A stretch of DNA of 64,000 nt from Neocallimastix sp. 'constans' (taxonomy: Eukaryota). Numbering within the stretch: the stretch's first letter is position 1; every line of letters starts with the position of its first letter. Shown here one piece after another: positions 11,938-23,739 of the stretch. Both the position numbers and the translations under genes were made by a program. The stretch lies in assembly GCA_050613775.1 (NCBI GenBank), contig JBODTK010000010.1, positions 1,426,001 through 1,490,000 on the forward strand. The letters run 5' to 3'. Under the pieces are notes generated by a model. It ran no database searches. It saw only the letters and a program-made list of their open reading frames with translations, and had not been told where the DNA came from.

Positions 11938-12860
11938 TATTAATTAACTACTAAAAAAAGGGAAAAAAAATGAAACAAAACTTATATTTAATACGTAATT
12001 TATTTTCTTATTTAATTCGACTTATCTCTAATATTATTTATTTATTTTTTACTATTATATATATATATATATTTTAATAAAAAAAAAAATAAATTTTTTT
12101 TTTTTTTTTTTTTTTTATAATATTATTATTATTTTCATATAATTTAATAGTGCAGCGCCCGGATTCTCCACCAAAAATATGATACGATATATTTTAAATA
12201 TTCGTATTTACAATAGTTTTGGGCGCTACACTGGGGAATTGTATTAAATTATATATTCTAATAATAATATTAATTATTTTATTTAATTATTTAAAATTTT
12301 TATTTTAGGATATTTGTTTTGTAATATTTTATTTTTATTTTATTTTATTTTTATTTTATTTTATTTTATTTTATTTTATTTTTATCATATTAATTAACTA
12401 TTAATAATTATAATTTAATTATAATATTCTATAATTAATTACTTAAACAACTAATTTTATTAAAACTAATAACTAAACTACTATCTTAACTAATTAAAAC
12501 ATTTTTCTTATATTAAATCAACTATTACTAATTAACATATATCAATAATTTATTAACAAAAACATTTTTTTTTTTTATAATATTTTTATATATTTTTTTT
12601 TATAATTATTATCTCTATATTAAATCATAATTGTTATATTTTATATAAACATTAATATAAAAGTTTATATTATAATAATTAAATTTTATACTATAATAAT
12701 ATTATTTTATATGATTTATAATTAATATAATTCATCATTTTTATATAATTAATTTTATAATAATATATATTTTACAAACTTTATATAATTAATATAATTT
12801 AATAATAATTTTAAAATATCATTATTTTTCTTTTCATCTTGTATCAACATTTTCCAAGCA

Positions 12861-12953
12861 GCTCGTGTAGCCTAGAGGTTTAAGGCGTCGTGCTTATAAG
12901 GGAGTACCTCTTATGCAACGCGAAGATCGCGGGTTCGACCCCCGCCATGAGCA
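12861..12953 (+). tRNA. tRNA-Ile(UAU) with 19-nt intron (12899-12917)
   Basis: Acceptor stem GCTCGTG/CATGAGC+A; anticodon stem TCGTG/CGCGA; anticodon TAT at 12895-12897; intron at the canonical 37/38 position; T-loop GGTTCGA; resembles fungal tRNA-Ile(UAU). Confidence 0.95.
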
Positions 12954-13038
12954 ATATAAATTTTACATTTTATTTTATTTATTTTTAATAATTCATATAT
13001 ATATATATATAATTATTAAATAATTTTAAAATTTATAT

Positions 13039-13069
<31 letters not shown>

Positions 13070-14795
13070 TAATAATTATTTTAATTTGTTTTTATTAATA
13101 AAATTTTAAGTAATTATAAAGTTAAAATACATATATATATATATATTTTTTATTATATATATATAATATTAATAAGTATTGTATATAAATATAAGATGCT
13201 TAAATAAATCCATAGTAAATATGTTAAATATTATTATAAAATAAATATATAATTATATCAATACATTTTGTAATAATAATAATAATAAACTTAATAAATT
13301 TATGGGATTTAATACTATTTATGTTATTACCTTCATTTATATCATTAATATTTCATATTTATACCTTATATAAAATATAATAAATATAAAATAAAATAAA
13401 AATAATATAAAATGTATAAATAATTTCAAACTAAATAGAAATACAATTTTACTTATTAATATTCTCAGAATTATTTAATAAGAATTTATATTAATTTTTA
13501 ATCATTTAAGTAAATATTATTTATCAATAATATTAATTATTTAAAATGTAATTAACGGAAATTGAGAATTCGATTCAGTTATATTTTTGATATTTATTGT
13601 TAAAACTTAAAGTTAATTTGGTTTTGACGATTAGGTCAAGATATTAAATTATTTTAATATAAAATTATTATTGGATAATAATTAATTTTTAGGGATTAGA
13701 ATTTTAAAATTAATATTAAATAAATATTAATTAAAAAAATTAAATTAATTAATATATATTACTATAATTTGGCATCTTGACCTAATCTTTATAGCCATAT
13801 TTATTCCAAAGTATAAACATTTATACAATAAAAATTAACTATTAAAACTAAATATATATAAAAAGTTTCAATATTGATACAAAGGGTTTTTTCTCTTAAT
13901 CTAATATAGAATTAAAAGTGATAATAGACTGTATCAAAATAAAAAGAAAAATGTATAAATAATACAAAAATTTAATAATATTTTATTATAACAAATTTGT
14001 TTTATTATAATTTTTTATTTATTATAATTTTATTTACTTATTTACCTATTTATTTATTTAATTATTAATGATTTAATTTTATATTAAATTAATAATAAAA
14101 ATTTAAATATGTTTATTAAATCAAAATTAAATATATATACTAATTTAAATAATATGAAGAATTAATTTTAAATATCAATTATAAAATTTAATAACGAAAG
14201 AATAATTAAATAAAAAAAATATTTACATCTATTTAGTTTTTTTTACAAGAATTATATTAATTTATATTATAAATGATAAAAGAAATAAAAGGAAATAAAA
14301 AGACATAAAAGGAAATAAAAGAAGATCATTTGTTTACAAGTTTAATATTTACAATATTATTTTAAATTTTATTTACAAGTTTATTTAATATAGAAAGTTA
14401 TTGTTAAAATTGTTAAATATCACAGTTATGTGTTTAATTACATTGTACATTATACTACATTATTAAGTGTAAAATATTTTTTTATTCGATAATATAATGC
14501 AGTGTAACGTTAAATGTTACCAATAATGTTAGACTAGAAAATAAATATAAATAACATGTAATAACATATTCTTAAATGAATAAGGTCTTTCTAAATGTAA
14601 AAGCAATAAATAAATAAATAAATAAACACATAATAAAATATAAATATTATTTCTGAATTTAAGTGTTATATTTAACAGATTAAGAGTCTCATGACTCAAT
14701 AATTCATTAACAATTGCTGATATCAAAATCTAATATATTAAATATTAAACATTCATTAAATATTAAAATAAAGAAATATTGGTAGCCACATTAAA

Positions 14796-17700
14796 ATGAC
14801 TAAATCAGATAATTCAACAGTTACGGGGAGTTCTTCAAAAACTTCTTCAAAGACAACAAAAACTACAAATACATCGAGTACAACAATGAATGATACTCTT
14901 GTCGAAGTAGAACCTCCAAATATTCAAACCAACACAATTAATAAATTTCACATTCAAAACTTTAGAATTACAAATGAAAACTTTCACAAATGGCATTCAG
15001 ACTTAAAATTATTCCTTGATTCTGAAGAATTGGGTGATTATATATCAAAGAATATCAAAGATATAAACACAAATAAAAAACATTTAAAATATGACAGTAC
15101 AGTCAGAATTATAATATTAAACAGCCTCGACGAATATACAAAAAGCTTATTAAATAATTGTACAAGTGCCTACTTAATGATAAAGGAATTAAAGGAAAGA
15201 TTTTCAGAAACAGGCCCTTCAAGATTATTTGAAATTGAAATGAAGATAAAAAAGCTAGAAATCGAAAACGATGACTTTAAACTGTATTTAGATAATCTTA
15301 ACTCATTATTTACAGAATACAATAACGAGGCAAAATCTCAAAATAAGCCAGAACTAAGTGAAGAAACAAAAGTCTTGTATTCTTTAGAGGAACTAAATAA
15401 AGTCGACATCGCATATTCATTCACATTTCTATATGTTGAAAAGACATTTAAGGATTTAAAAGAAGACATAACAAAACTAAGTACCATAATTAAGAAAAGT
15501 AAAAGTATTAAACGAGTAGAAATCAAGGAAACATATCAACACGAAGATCAAATTAATAGAGTCCGAAATGGGAAACTCCCATATAATTTTAATAAAGAAG
15601 CAAATTCCAACGAATACTGTCAATATTGCCATAAAAATGGGCACACTACTGATAACTGTTTCTTCAATCCATCGAATTCACCAAATAATAACTATAGAGG
15701 AGAAAAGAAAAATATTAATAATAAGTCAAGAAACAAAATTAAAATTAAAAGAACATCTTTAAACAGGAAAGGTAGTAAAAGAAACTTCAAATCTTATAAC
15801 GTTAATTATGAAGAACAAAACAATTCGAATTCAGATTCAGATCCTTCATTCGACTTCTGCTTCAATATAAAAACTAATTGTGTAAAAGATAATTTTAATA
15901 ACAGTTCAATAACTTCCAGGAACATAAGGGTAAATAAAGTAACTACCGAAATCTTAAAAGAAGAAAATAATATTATGGAAGATAACAATATAGAATCATG
16001 GATCATTGATAGTGGAACAGGGATTAATTTATCTAAGAATATAAAAATACTATCAAACATTGAAGAAGTTGCTAATAGAGGAATTACATACCCAAACGGA
16101 CAATCCGATAGAATATACAAAAAGGGTATGTACAAAGGGATGTATAAAAATAATAATTTTTCTATTGGAGAAGTATTTTATGCTCCAAACATACAAAATA
16201 ATTTAATTTCCACTCATTACCTATGTAAAAAAGGCTTCAAATTAGTAATGGATATGCATAACAATAAAGAAAGACTCCAAATATTTAAAAATAATAAACT
16301 AATTACTACCGTTTATACAAATGATGAAAACCTCTTTACTTTAAATACAAGCTCAATGAAAAATAAAGATTATAATATAAACAATGTCGATTTAAAATTA
16401 TGGCATGCTAGATTAGGCCACTATTACAATCAAAATCTTCAAAAATTTCTAGAAAACAACAACATTAAGGAAGAAAAGAATGATAATATAAATTGTGAAG
16501 ATTGCAAAATAAGTAAACTCAAGAAAAAACCATTCAACAAAACAATCAACAAAAGTTCCTCACCATTACAAGTCGCTCATTCTGATATCGTCGGACCACT
16601 AAAGCCTTCACCATCATTTAGTGGATACAAATATTATATAACATTCATAGATGATTTCAGTAGAAAATGTTGGGTCTACTTACTGAAACACAAATCTGAA
16701 GCAGTACAAAAATTTATTGAGTTTCATAAACTTATGAAAAATACTTGTAATTACAATATAAAAGAAGTAAGATCTGATAACGGTTTAGAATATAACAATT
16801 CTAATTTTATAAATTATCTTAAAAATAATGGAATTATATTCAATCATTCAACACCAGGTAATCCCCAACAAAATGGTCGCGCTGAAAGAATTAATCAAAC
16901 ATTAGATAACTGCGCGAAAACACTACTTAGTGCAGCTAAATTATCACCCATTTTATGGGATGAAGCTATTAAATGTGCATGTATATTGTATAAATTAAAT
17001 CCGCATCAAGGAATTAATTTTAAAATCCCGAACGAGGTATTTTTTAATAAGAAAATTGATATATCTAAACTTAAAGTGTTTGGATGTAAAGTATTTTTCC
17101 TTAATAGATACAAACAAGGAAAATTTGAAAATAATACAAAACCAGGTATTTTCTTAGGATACTCATCAGATTCCCCAGGTTATCGTGTCCTCGACACTAC
17201 TTCAAAAACAATAATTATAGTTCGTGACGCATACTTCAATGAAAGTACTCTAGGTTCACTTGGCACATCATTTTTTCATTCCTCAAATCCTTCAGATAAA
17301 CAAATTGAGGGGGAACAGGACTTACAACATGATTCACAACATCAATTTAGTCAATCTATTTATCATAATGAATTTGAAAGGAATGAAAACAAACCGAATA
17401 AAATTAATATTGAAGATAATATTGATTTAATGGATGAATACAATAATGAAAACATGTTAGACAATAATTCAGAAAACGAAATAATTAATGAAGACATAAT
17501 TAATGAAGACATAATTAATGAAAATAAAATTAATGAAGACATAATCAATGAAAATAAAATTAATGAAGACAAAATTAATGATGATAAAATCAATGAAGAT
17601 AAAATTAACGAAAATCAAAAATTAGCTGAAAAACAAGAAGAAATACTCAAAAATTCAAATATTGAAGATAATATAAAAGTTTCATCAAACGAAAACCATG

Positions 17701-19643
17701 CCAAAATCCTACATGATAATAGTAAAAGTAATGAAAATAACACTATTATTAATAGAAATAACGATAATAACATAAAGGGTATAAAAATCACAAAAAATGA
17801 TTTTTTGAACAAAAATGTGAAAAAAAGTTTTATTAATAAAAATTTGAATAAAAATTTCAAAAATTTCAAATTTAAGAATAAATTAAAAATTTCAAACCTT
17901 AATAATTATAAAAATTTATCTAAATCAAACCTTAATAATTATGAAATTTTAGACCAGAAACTTATTGAGAATAGAATTGAAAGCAATCATAAAATCTGGC
18001 TAATATGAAGATGAATGAAAAATCAAATTTGGAAAATAATAAAATATATGATAATAATAAAATGAATGACTATAATTCAGAGAATGAATCTGAGGACAGT
18101 TTTAGTGATCTGGAACCTTTAGATAAAAGAAAACTAAGAAAGAACAAAGAAAAGAACTTTAAATTTAATATTAAAAGAAATAATAAAATTTTCGATAAAC
18201 TAGTAAACAAAAATGATAAAATTGATAACGAGAAAACAAAAAACTATCGAAAAAGAAAAAGAAAAAATTATCAATTGAATGAAGAAAGAAAAATAAAAGA
18301 TAGAGTATCTACATCAAATAAACCATTTTTTGAAAGGAAAACAGACTAAGATGAAAACGAAAGACGCAAGAGAAATAGAGTCAATAACATTAATACATTA
18401 ATTCCCAAGAATTATGAAGAAGCTATGAATTCAGAAAATGCGGACAAATGGAAAGACGCAATTAACAAAGAATTACAAAATTTATATGGAAATAATGTAA
18501 TGAAAATTGTTGAAAATAAAAATATCCCAAAAGGCATTAAGCCACTCGACGTTAAATGGGTTTTTACCATAAAAGATAATGGTACATATAAAGCTAGATT
18601 GGTCGTCAAAGGTTTTCGACAAATTGAAGGAGTTGATTATAACTGCACCTATTCTCCTACAATAGAAATGGATAGTTTTAGATTAATTATTGCCATTGCA
18701 TCTATATATAAATGGGATTTAAGACAAATCGATATTAAAGCTGCATATTTGAACGCTAAATTAGATGAGAAAATTTATGTACAAATTCCAATCGGTGATA
18801 AAAATTTCAATTGCGGAAAATCAGGATTATTACGAAAGGCTCTCTATGGACTCAAACAAGCTGGAAGACAATGGTTTTACGAAATCTCCGGTTTTCTTAA
18901 GAAAATTAGGTTAATTCAATATAATACAGATAGTTGTTTATTTGGTAAATATAAAAATAATAAATTATGCTTATTACTAACACTCTATGTTGATGATATA
19001 CTAATTGCAGGAGAGAATAAAGAAATTACCAAAGTTGTTTCAAAGATAAAACGTAAATACAAAGTCTCCACAGATAAATCAGCAAACAAAATTATTGGAA
19101 TCAATATAGTTAAAACAAATAAAGGCTACAAAATTAATCAAAAAGATTATATTGAAAAAATGTTAACTAACTACAACATAAACAATACTAAAATAACTAG
19201 AATACCATGTATTAATGCAAAATTAGAAGATAGAGAAAACTCTGAGAAAATTAACAAAACTGATTATAAAAGATTGATTGGATCTCTATTATATGTATCA
19301 ACAAAAACAAGACCTGACATAGCATTTGCAGTAAATCAAGCTGCAAGATTTTCTGAGAATCCAACAAGAGCTGATTTGAATGCAGGTATACAAATACTAA
19401 AATACCTTAAAAGTACAAAGGACTATTCAATTCATTATAACGGAAAGAAAATTTTAAGAGCTTATTGTGATGCAGATTTCGCTGGTGATGAGGTTAAAAG
19501 AAGATCCACTTCAGGATATATTTTTGTATTAGGAAATAGCCCAATATCATGGAAATCAATTACACAGAAAAATATATCCTTATCAACTACAGAAGCCGAA
19601 TACTCAAGCTTAATAGAATGTACCAAACAAGCTATATGGATAA
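14796..19643 (+). pseudogene. Copia gag-pol polyprotein (Gag, PR, IN, RT, start of RNase H)
   Basis: CQYCHKNGHTTDNC knuckle, WIIDSG, LWHARLGH, DIVGP/RSDNG/RAER, YKARLV, LYVDD, YCDADF; frameshift near 17995, in-frame stop at 18347-18349, cut by the nested element at 19644. Confidence 0.92.
17481..17615 (+). repeat. 15-bp coding minisatellite (IINED/KINED/IINEN) in the Copia IN-RT linker
   Basis: About 9 units resembling ATAATTAATGAAGAC. Confidence 0.8.
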
Positions 19644-20277
19644 TGTAATGAATCCGTCAATAAAAAAAACAGATTATAACAATAAAAAAAACACTACAAT
19701 TTAAACAAATAAAATTAAAGTAATTTCTTTTATTAATAAATTCTTTTATTAATTATAAACTTCTTTTATGTTATTAACTGTAAAATAGTTAATAACTAAT
19801 ACATCGATTAAATTAAGAAAAATTACATGTATTTATATTTTTTCTTATTACAATATTAATATATGATGTTATTTAATAATATATATAAAACTATTTATTT
19901 ATAAACAAAAGATTTTTTAATTAATAATTTTTTATTATTTATTAATTTACTAAAACTAAAATTAATTTTTTAAACTCTTTATTTTATTTATTATTTTAAT
20001 ACTTATAATAATTTTAATTATATATTTAATATTGAAAAACTATTTTTATAAATATTAACTATTTAAGATTATTCCTAAATTAATATTTAACTATTTAAAA
20101 CTAAACTAAATTAACTAAACTAATTAAAAAATATTTTCAATTAAAAAAATAATTAAATTTTATTTCAATAAATTTTATATAAAAAAAATAATTCATATAC
20201 ATTAAATAAATTAAATGTACGAAAAATTAAGCTATTTAATGTATTAAAGATTTATTAAATCTTTACAATCTCGCCCT

Positions 20278-23200
20278 TTAAGTCGAGCTCCTGCGAGACA
20301 TACGATTTAGTCCATTTGCTGGTAGATCAATTACAAATGGTTGATATCTATGTCTAACATAGATTTCATTATCACTCAAAGTATTTTCTTCTATGTTTGT
20401 CCTATTCTTTTTGGTTCGACGATAATATTCCTGAATCAATTGTTTGTCATAAATTTGATCTTCATCAATCCAAGTATCCTCATCAGAATCAAGTCCTTTC
20501 CAAGATACAAGAAAACGATTCTTTCCTCTATATTTTCTCATATTAACAATCTTTTCTGGAACTTTATCAAAAGTGTCAGTGGTCAAATTAATATTCTTTC
20601 TTTTTCTTTTATTTCTGTTTTCGAATTCATTTTTATGATAAGGTTCAAGTAATGATACGTGAAAAACAGGATGACAACGCATATTACTTGGGAGTTTAAG
20701 TTTATAAGCAAGTGAACTAATTTTCTCAACAATTTCAAAAGGACCAAGCATTTGATTAGCAAGTTTTTTCTTAACATTTTTAGTAGTACTTCCTTTAAGT
20801 AACCAAACTTTGTTACCAACTTGGAAATCAGGTGAGGGTAATCTTCTTTGATCCGCATATTTTTTGTAAGTTTCTTTAGCTTTATCTAAGTTTTCTTTCA
20901 GAAATTTAATATTTTCGTTAATATCTTTAACTCTTTGATCAGCTCTATGAGGTCTTTCATTAGATGGAATTTCTAGACTAAATCTAGGATTGAATCCATA
21001 GTTAGCAAAAAATGGGGATTGATTGATTGATTGTTGTAAAGTATTGTTATAAGCGCATTCAGCAAAAGGTAATAAATCAACCCAATTTGTTTGTCGTTCA
21101 TTTATATAACAACGAAGATATTGTTCCAATATCGCGTTCACCCTCCCTGTTTGACCATCAGTCTGCGGATGGTTTGAAGTTGAAAACGAATGCTTAATAC
21201 AAAGTAAGTCACATAATCTATTCCAAAATTCAGAGGTGAATTGGGTACCTCTATCAGAAATAATGGAATCAGGGAAACCATGCAATTTAAAAATTGAATT
21301 AATAAAAGCATCAGCGGCAATTGAAGTAGTAGGAAGACAACGAAGGGGGATAAAATGAACCATCTTTGTTAAACGATCAACAACCACCATAATAGTAGTC
21401 ATATCTTTGGATTTTGGCAATTCAACAATGAAATCCATTGAAATATCAGCCCAAGCTCTATTTGGTGTGGATAATGGGGATAACAAACCATACGGCTTAT
21501 GCCTTGGAACTTTAGCACGACAACAAGTTTCACAAGACTTAATAAATTTCTTAACATCATGTCGTAACTTTGGCCACCAAAAGTTTCTGTAAATTAAATC
21601 CGAAGTTTTATTTACACCAAAGTGACCAGCTGTTACAGAATCATAGTGCATTTCTAGAATTCTTGTACGAATATTTTCCGGAACATAGATTAAATCATCA
21701 TAGAGAAGAAATCCTTCATCATCAATTACACATTTATCAATATTTCTAATAGGAGCAGTATCTTTATTATTACTAGAAAGAAAAGTTTTAATTTTGTTAT
21801 ACAATTCATCATCTTTAAGTGAATTTAAAATTGAATTACATAAGCAATCATCAGAAGCATTACAGTTAATAACACGACAAGAAACAGTCTGAGGGTAATT
21901 AAAAAGATGATCACTTCTTCTAGATAAGATATCAGGTTTTCCAGACTTCTTACCAGCACGATAAACTAAATTAAAATCGAAACGAGAGAGAAATTCATAC
22001 CAATGGATTTGACGTTGCGAGAGCATTTCAGGCTTTCTAGGAAAAGTCAAATTTTTATGATCGGTATAAATTGTAAAAGGATGACGAGCACCTTCTAAAT
22101 AGTGACGCCATTCCTCAAGAGCAACTTTAATTGCTAGAAGTTCTTTATCGTAGATTGGATAATTCTTTTCTGATTTGGTTAAGCTAGATGAGATATAAGC
22201 TATTGGGTGTAGTTGACCATCGTATTCCTGAGAAAGAATCGCACCAACAGCAAAATTAGAAGCATCAGTTTCAACAACAAAAGGCTTATTACTATCAGGG
22301 TTTCTCAAAATAGGAGCAGATGTGAACAACTCTTTTAATTTATCAAATGCCTTCTGTTGATCAGGACCCCAGTTAAAGGATACATTTTTTCTTGTAAGTT
22401 TATGCAAAGAACGGGCGATTTTAGCAAAATCTTTAATAAAAATCCTATAATAATTGCATAAACCAATAAAAGATTGAACTTCCTTAACTGTGGTTGGAAC
22501 AGGCCAATCAAGAATGGCTTTAATTTTATTGGAATCAACCTTTAAACCATCTTTCGATAAAATATAACCAAGAAAAACAGTTTCAGAGACATCAAACTCA
22601 CATTTCTCGAGTTTGACATATAAATTATTTTCTAATAGTTTCTTTAAAACTTTCTTGACATGAATATGATGTTCTTCTAAACTTTTTGAATAAATTAAAA
22701 TATCATCAATATACGAAATAACAAAATCATCTAAGTAATCACTAAGAACATCATTTATAAAATGCTGAAAGGTTGCAGGGGCATTTTTTAACCCAAAAGG
22801 CATAACCAAATATTCAAAATGTCCATAACGAGTACGAAATGCTGTCTTATACTCATCACCTTCTTTTATTCTTACTAAGTTATAAGCAGATTTTAAATCC
22901 AACTTAGTAAAGAATTTTGCACCTTTAACTCTATCTAGTAATTCACTAATTAAAGGAAGAGGATAGGAATTACGGATGGTCATCTCATTTAACTTTCTAT
23001 AGTCAACATATAATCTCAATGAACCATCCTTCTTTTTAACAAACAATATAGGTGCTCCAGCAGGAGATGTCGATTTCCTAATGAAACCTTTTTCTAAATT
23101 TTCTTTGATATACTTCTTCAATTCGTCTCTTTCTACTTCTGTTAAAGGATAAATAGGACCATAAAATAAATTTGAATTATCCTTTAATCTTATTTCACAA

Positions 23201-23739
23201 TCATACTCACGATGTGGAGAGAGTATGTCGCAATTTCTTTCATTGAATACTTCTGTATAATTTTTATAAATAGGAGGTATTCCTATAATTTTTTGATTTA
23301 ATTTATTTTCGAAATTACTAATTTTTAAACAATTACAGATACAACACAAATTTTTTACAGAACACTTTTTAGAAATATACTTTTTACTTTCATCTTTATT
23401 TAAATTATCATTATGATTACAATTTTTTGTTACATTATTACATAAAACATCAATTTTACAAATTTTATTTAATTCATCCAAATTAATATTATTACTATCA
23501 CTAAATTCATAAATTTCATCATCATTATCAAACATAAAACTATCATTTACATCACTATCATAATTAATTATACAAAAATTTTTTAAACCATTAAGTTCTT
23601 CATTTTCACTACAAGTTTTAATACGAGTACGACGACCTCTAATCGTAATTTCTTCATCAGAATTCATATCGGAGTCAGATTCAAAGGAATACTTACGCTT
23701 AGGATTAATTTTTTCCTTTGTTAAGGAAAGTTCTTCCAT
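20278..23739 (-). CDS. pol: Pol RT-RNase H-integrase-chromodomain (element 3); integrase catalytic Glu mutated
   Basis: YIDD, ETDAS, SMDF/SDRG, GQTGRVN where E is expected, GPF, chromodomain PEKIVNMRKYRGKNRFLVSWKG...DTW. Confidence 0.92.
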   Translation of the reverse strand: MEELSLTKEKINPKRKYSFESDSDMNSDEEITIRGRRTRIKTCSENEELNGLKNFCIINYDSDVNDSFMFDNDDEIYEFSDSNNINLDELNKICKIDVLCNNVTKNCNHNDNLNKDESKKYISKKCSVKNLCCICNCLKISNFENKLNQKIIGIPPIYKNYTEVFNERNCDILSPHREYDCEIRLKDNSNLFYGPIYPLTEVERDELKKYIKENLEKGFIRKSTSPAGAPILFVKKKDGSLRLYVDYRKLNEMTIRNSYPLPLISELLDRVKGAKFFTKLDLKSAYNLVRIKEGDEYKTAFRTRYGHFEYLVMPFGLKNAPATFQHFINDVLSDYLDDFVISYIDDILIYSKSLEEHHIHVKKVLKKLLENNLYVKLEKCEFDVSETVFLGYILSKDGLKVDSNKIKAILDWPVPTTVKEVQSFIGLCNYYRIFIKDFAKIARSLHKLTRKNVSFNWGPDQQKAFDKLKELFTSAPILRNPDSNKPFVVETDASNFAVGAILSQEYDGQLHPIAYISSSLTKSEKNYPIYDKELLAIKVALEEWRHYLEGARHPFTIYTDHKNLTFPRKPEMLSQRQIHWYEFLSRFDFNLVYRAGKKSGKPDILSRRSDHLFNYPQTVSCRVINCNASDDCLCNSILNSLKDDELYNKIKTFLSSNNKDTAPIRNIDKCVIDDEGFLLYDDLIYVPENIRTRILEMHYDSVTAGHFGVNKTSDLIYRNFWWPKLRHDVKKFIKSCETCCRAKVPRHKPYGLLSPLSTPNRAWADISMDFIVELPKSKDMTTIMVVVDRLTKMVHFIPLRCLPTTSIAADAFINSIFKLHGFPDSIISDRGTQFTSEFWNRLCDLLCIKHSFSTSNHPQTDGQTGRVNAILEQYLRCYINERQTNWVDLLPFAECAYNNTLQQSINQSPFFANYGFNPRFSLEIPSNERPHRADQRVKDINENIKFLKENLDKAKETYKKYADQRRLPSPDFQVGNKVWLLKGSTTKNVKKKLANQMLGPFEIVEKISSLAYKLKLPSNMRCHPVFHVSLLEPYHKNEFENRNKRKRKNINLTTDTFDKVPEKIVNMRKYRGKNRFLVSWKGLDSDEDTWIDEDQIYDKQLIQEYYRRTKKNRTNIEENTLSDNEIYVRHRYQPFVIDLPANGLNRMSRRSST

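Larger units (their letters stand above)
6583..12846 (-). mobile_element. Non-autonomous Gypsy-type LTR retrotransposon (element 2) encoding Gag and integrase but no PR/RT/RNase H
   Basis: 667-bp LTRs at 6583-7249 and 12180-12846 (TGATAC...GTATCA, 1 mismatch seen); 4-bp TSD ACAT (6579-6582, 12847-12850); tRNA-Ala-type PBS TGGTGGAGAATCCGGGC at 12173-12157. Confidence 0.92.

Noticed and set aside
12152..12173. Possible tRNA-Ala gene fragment ending in CCA
   Set aside because: Only the 3' ~17 nt are present, next to an LTR; this is the primer-binding site of element 2.
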